Assembly: GCA_964016885.1 (NCBI GenBank)
Contig: OZ024740.1
Coordinates: 31,124,001 to 31,188,000 of the forward strand
From: Eledone cirrhosa
Lineage: Eukaryota
Direction: 5' to 3'
DNA length: 64,000 bases
The translations under genes and the position numbers were made by a program. Shown piece after piece: positions 59,441-64,000 of the stretch (position 1 is the first letter of the stretch; every line of letters starts with the position of its first letter). The notes beneath the pieces were generated by a model. That model saw only the letters and a program-made list of their open reading frames with translations, was not told the origin of the DNA and made no database searches.

Positions 59441-62014
59441 ATAATGATCATTGTTCTGTGACAGAAAAATTTAAAACATCCAGTTTTAGCAGTTAGTGAT
59501 CTTGTATATATATATCAACAGCACATATATGATGAATCTAAATTTTAGAAATGTTTAACACATTTTGTTGATTCTTTCACAACTCAAATATTCACTAGGA
59601 TGTGAACAACTTTTAACTATCACAATATATATATTGTTAGTTTAGACACCGACCCAGACCAGGTACGAACTAGTATATACATATAACTATTCTTCACAGC
59701 TAGATAAAATACCGTTATCCATTCAATCATTACTAAGAGATATATAATGCGGTTTGTATTTAAAAGTTGCTGTTATTTTAGCCAGTTTAACCTCAGGTCA
59801 TCAATTCTATGATCAAAAGCGTTCTAGCCGTGACTGTTTTGTCTTTTAGTACATCGGAAAAAATACTATCCAATGTAACCCTTTTAAATTTAAAACTTGT
59901 GGGGGGGGGGGGGGGGATTTAGCTATTATTTCTAACCGGTCGTGCAATTGTGTAGCGGTTCACTTGTATAAAATGTTTTTTCGTCTAATATATTAACAGA
60001 CCTTAACATATTTTGGAAGGAATCTAAAATATATTTGGGAAATCAAACTTTCAAATGATTATGGCTACATACAACTTTGAAAAGTTTAATAATGTTGAGT
60101 CATTTTACATACATATTATTTGAATTAGTCTTATTTTCTTGAAAGTTCCTAACGTGTATAATTAAAGGAAATTGAAATGACACACACGTGTCTGTAATGT
60201 TTACACAGGAATTTAGTTAATAGCGATAAGTTTTTTCTCTAATACAATTTAGACACACAGCTCATATCAAAACACAGTTTAAATGAAAAATTTTAATATT
60301 GTTGATTATATTTTCGACAATCAATGTAATTACATAACATGTTCAATAATTTTGAGAGCGTGGATGCAAAAAATGCCATATTGTACATTTTAAAGTTTTG
60401 AAGGCGAAAAAAACTAAGCAGAGAGTGAGTGTGCGTGTATATTTATATACTTTGAAAGTCAATTTTGAAGTTTGTTCAATAAAACTGTATATTAAGTTAC
60501 AAACTATATCATAAACATTTTCGGAAAATACAAAGACAACACTCCACTCCGTATGAAACCTTATGAGTTGTGTAAAAACAAAAAAATATATATTCAGGTC
60601 AATCAACTTGAATTGCTTGAAGCAACGGGATAAATAAGGGTTAGTTCCCAGCAGCCGTTAGTCAATGTCAGGGGTCGGTGATAGTGCTACGTCACTGTAT
60701 ATGTCTTCTCTGTCTTAAACTACAAAGTTTATTTGCTGCGCAGAACCTCTAACTTCCTCCTTCTCCCGTTCTTTGTTATACCTCTTCAGATCGCCGTATG
60801 CCTGCACTACCAAACAATATAGAAATAGATGCATGTGTGTTCCTGTTTTGTCTACTGTGATCATAAAATGTATAGAACGTTAAATGGTTTATAAAATAGC
60901 CACTGCAGCCAGCTAACGTCCTCGCAAAGTCTCCGCACATTTCCCTTTGTGTTTAATATAGTTAACATACTTTTTCTTTGTCAATATGTTTCACGATTCA
61001 AGAGTCTTTTCTATTAAGTTATTTAAAGAAATTCGTAGTCATTTCTTTCTCACTCATTCAATTCAAATTGACTATTTATGGAGTTTATCGAGTTCGTTCA
61101 CTCCTTTTGTTGAATTTTAAAATAGAGGTGTGGCTTCCTGCTCAGAATTGTCAGATCAATTTCATTAAAAAAAACAGCACCAAATGTTCAAACCATAGAG
61201 GATTAAATAAGCCCAGAATAAAGATTGTGTTTCTATATCAACCATACAGCGTGTGTGTATGTGGAGCTATAAAATTTACATACATATACACAATGCATTT
61301 CCTATCTCAGTCATGTTACTATAATAAGTTCACTTTTAAATCACAAGGTCCTGGGTTCTAACCTTAATTTTGTCCTTGTAAATAGTTATTTCTCTAAAGT
61401 TACTTATACAGTCCATTATGGGCGAGGGGTTTCCACCTCCACCTCATCTCTCTCTCTCTCTTTATCTATCTATCTCTGGAAGAGATTGGCTAGTCAGATT
61501 TGGAGGTATAAGCTCAGCCAGATTAAAAATGCTCAAGACGTGCCATTTGTCAGGGACGGCAACTCTACGACAATGGCTTAGAAATAAAAACGGCAGATGG
61601 TGGTGTTTCCTGTTTTTTGGAAGCAATTGAATGTGAAGGTAATTGATGGAAGAGTCACCCAACCATCTATTGAATGTGTATACACTCCTGATCGATTATG
61701 ATTTACTTATTCAGTGCCAGTGAAATCTAAGTCATGGGTTATAAGCCCTAATATTAGATCTAAATTTGATATACCTTCATCAGCAGTTTTATATATATAT
61801 ATATACACACACATATGTAATGAATCAAAACATATCAAAATCAAATATGTTAGAATTTTGTGTTTCTCAATAAGCAAGCGCAATAGACTATATCCAGAGC
61901 AATAATAAATCAAATGAAAAAGATATATGTATATATAGAGAGAAAGAACCATATATGTTTTCTCTACAGTATATGGTTCTTTCTCTCTAAATATATACAT
62001 ATTTTTTTCATTTG

Positions 62015-63129
62015 ATCATCATCATTCGTTTAACGTCCATTTTCCACGCTAGCAAGGGTTAGACGGGAGTTGTCCCACTTGAGGCAAAGTTGGTCGGGCG
62101 ACCATGTCTCGCTCATATAGGACTATCTGGCAGGTTTTCTACAGCTGGATGCCCTTCCTAACACCAACCACATTTACAGTGTGGAACTGGGAACTTTTTA
62201 CCGTGTTACCTACACGACCACATTACAGCGTGGACTGCGTTTTTTTTCTCGTGACACCTACACGATCTTGATCTCATTTATCTCATTTATTTGGATTGGA
62301 TGTTGTGGTACCAGCTTTATAGAGAGAGGGTGGTGGGAGGATAGGGTAGGGGTAGTGGATTGGGGTGTATATTTGGTTAAGAGGTGCCTACTGACTGTAG
62401 GTTTCGCTTTGTACATAGGAAAGGCGGGTCTTCTGTATTACTGCATAGCGCCAAAGATCTCGGTCCTGTGACATTGTCTTAGAGAGGTGCAAGTGTGTAA
62501 GGTCGGAATTTATCAGATCATCCCAGGTTTTTCTGGGTCTACCTACTCCGTAACTACCATCAATTTTGATCGCCCTGCACTTTTTTTAGACAGCTGTCGT
62601 CTTTCATGCGCATCACATGGCCATACCAACGTAGTCTTCTCTCGAGTAAACAGCATCTGATCCCTCTTATTCATAATTTCTCACTTAGTTCATTTATGCT
62701 TTGCCGTTCACGTATATTACTATTACACATCCAATGGAGCATGCATGCTTCGTTCCTTTCCAGTCTACGCAGGTCCTCTGCACGCAATGCCCATGTCTCA
62801 CTGCCATGTAGCATTGCTGTTCGTATACAAGCATCATACAATCTGCTTTTCATTTTTAGAGAGAAACCGTTTGTGGCCAACAGCGGTATAAGCTCTCTGA
62901 ACTTTTTCCATCCCGTTCTGACTCTGGCTACTGTACTTTCAGAACACCCTCCACCACTGCTGATTTTGTCACCCAGGTAATGGAAAGTGTCTACTATTTC
63001 TATAGAACCATCTTGGCAATAGAAGGGGCTAGTATCCTGTGGACACTTGCTACCTATTTCACCTGAGCATCGGCCACATATAAAGTCTACGTTCTTAGAT
63101 AGTTTACCTGTGATCCCACTACATCCCAC

Positions 63130-63132
<3 letters not shown>
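62015..63132 (-). mobile_element. 5'-truncated RTE LINE (same subfamily as the copy at 11298)
   Basis: FHYLG, GWKKFREL and LHGSETW motifs. Premature stop at 62671. Same 3'UTR and (GAT)n tail. The 5' end abuts (TA)n. Confidence 0.93.
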
Positions 63133-63168
<36 letters not shown>

Positions 63169-63260
63169 TTAGTTAAGCAAAACAAGACCACAAATTTCAC
63201 AAGGAAGACATTATTAAAAGATTGTCAACATATTTTAGTTTGATGTAAGGAATGTAGAGA

Positions 63261-63477
63261 ATAAGAATAATAATAATAATATTAATAATAATTGTTTCTA
63301 CTTTAGGCACAAGGCCAGCAATAACCCAGTGTATTACTGGTACTTTATTTTATCGACCCCCGTGAGGATGAAAGGCAAAGTCAACCTCAGCGGGATTTGA
63401 ACGCAGATCGTAAAGGGACGTAACTATGCTGGAAAGCATGGCGTCCGACCCTCTACCGATGCTGCCAATCAACCGCC
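63261..63477 (-). mobile_element. Well-preserved full-length tRNA-derived Meta-domain-like SINE
   Basis: A-box-like TGGCAGCATCGG, B-box GCGTTCAAATCC, Meta-like body, (TTA)n tail, CpGs retained. Confidence 0.85.
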
Positions 63478-63499
63478 TAATAATATGAATAATAATAAT

Positions 63500-64000
63500 G
63501 TCCGTTTACAATTGTTTCGCTACTCTATATAAACATCTTATCTAAACCCCCCCCCCCCCCCCCCAAACCATAGATATTACAAACTCTTTAATAAAAATAA
63601 CATTAAAATCTCATTCTCCACAACACCTAACCTAGCTAGTCACATCGCATTCAGTAACCATCATAAACTAAGACAGTATAACTCCCACACCGCGGTACCA
63701 CCACCTCCATCAAATACACCACGCCACTACACCAATAATTACTCTAGTAGCACACCTCCCCCATCTAATCCTTCTAGCACGGACCTACCGCTTAGGTTAA
63801 ACTACCCTACTCTCACTAACCGCAGAAGCAACTGCAACTGCCGTTACCCCAATGCATGCCCATTAAATGGACACTGCCTGACACCCAACATAGTCTATAG
63901 GTGCACGGTTAAAATTGCTTCGAATACCAGCTCTTATATCGGGTCTACCTCTAACCCTTTTAAGGTACGCTATAACGCGCACTCTTTTTCCTTCCGAGAC
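63500..64000 (+). mobile_element. Penelope-like element (Naiad-type) thumb/linker plus GIY-YIG endonuclease, running off the window
   Basis: Frame open 63569-64000: HRYYKLFNKNNIKISFSTTPN...CNCRYPNACPLNGHC..NIVY.C.V.....YIGST...FKVRYNAH..SF. Confidence 0.85.

Noticed and set aside
61760-61800. CTGATGAAGG on the minus strand as a hammerhead
   Set aside because: No stem II or GAAA at a suitable distance.
63380-63477. tRNA gene
   Set aside because: A/B boxes are present but there is no cloverleaf. It is a SINE head.

Overview
AT-rich eukaryotic genomic DNA, most likely an octopod cephalopod judging by the SINE and RTE repertoire (inference). The only protein-coding gene I can support is the 5' end of PRRC2/BAT2 on the minus strand: a putative non-coding first exon and promoter near 7640-7840, and three coding exons at 2894-3008, 2573-2811 and 1781-1862. 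The gene continues beyond the left edge. Most of 8-29 kb is decayed transposons: RTE LINEs carrying a PHD finger inside the RT, RTE-tailed and Meta-domain-like SINEs, CR1, CRE-like, Rex3-like and Penelope-like fragments, TTAA (piggyBac-type) and hAT MITEs, a Helitron-like element, and a 20-bp minisatellite. About 26.5 kb (29.6-56.2 kb) is a single 25-bp tandem satellite with 3.5-kb and 4.3-kb higher-order duplications. The right end has a long hairpin, SINEs, another RTE copy and a GIY-YIG Penelope-like ORF running off the edge. No CRISPR, rRNA or true tRNA genes were found. All calls are from visual reading only, without database searches.
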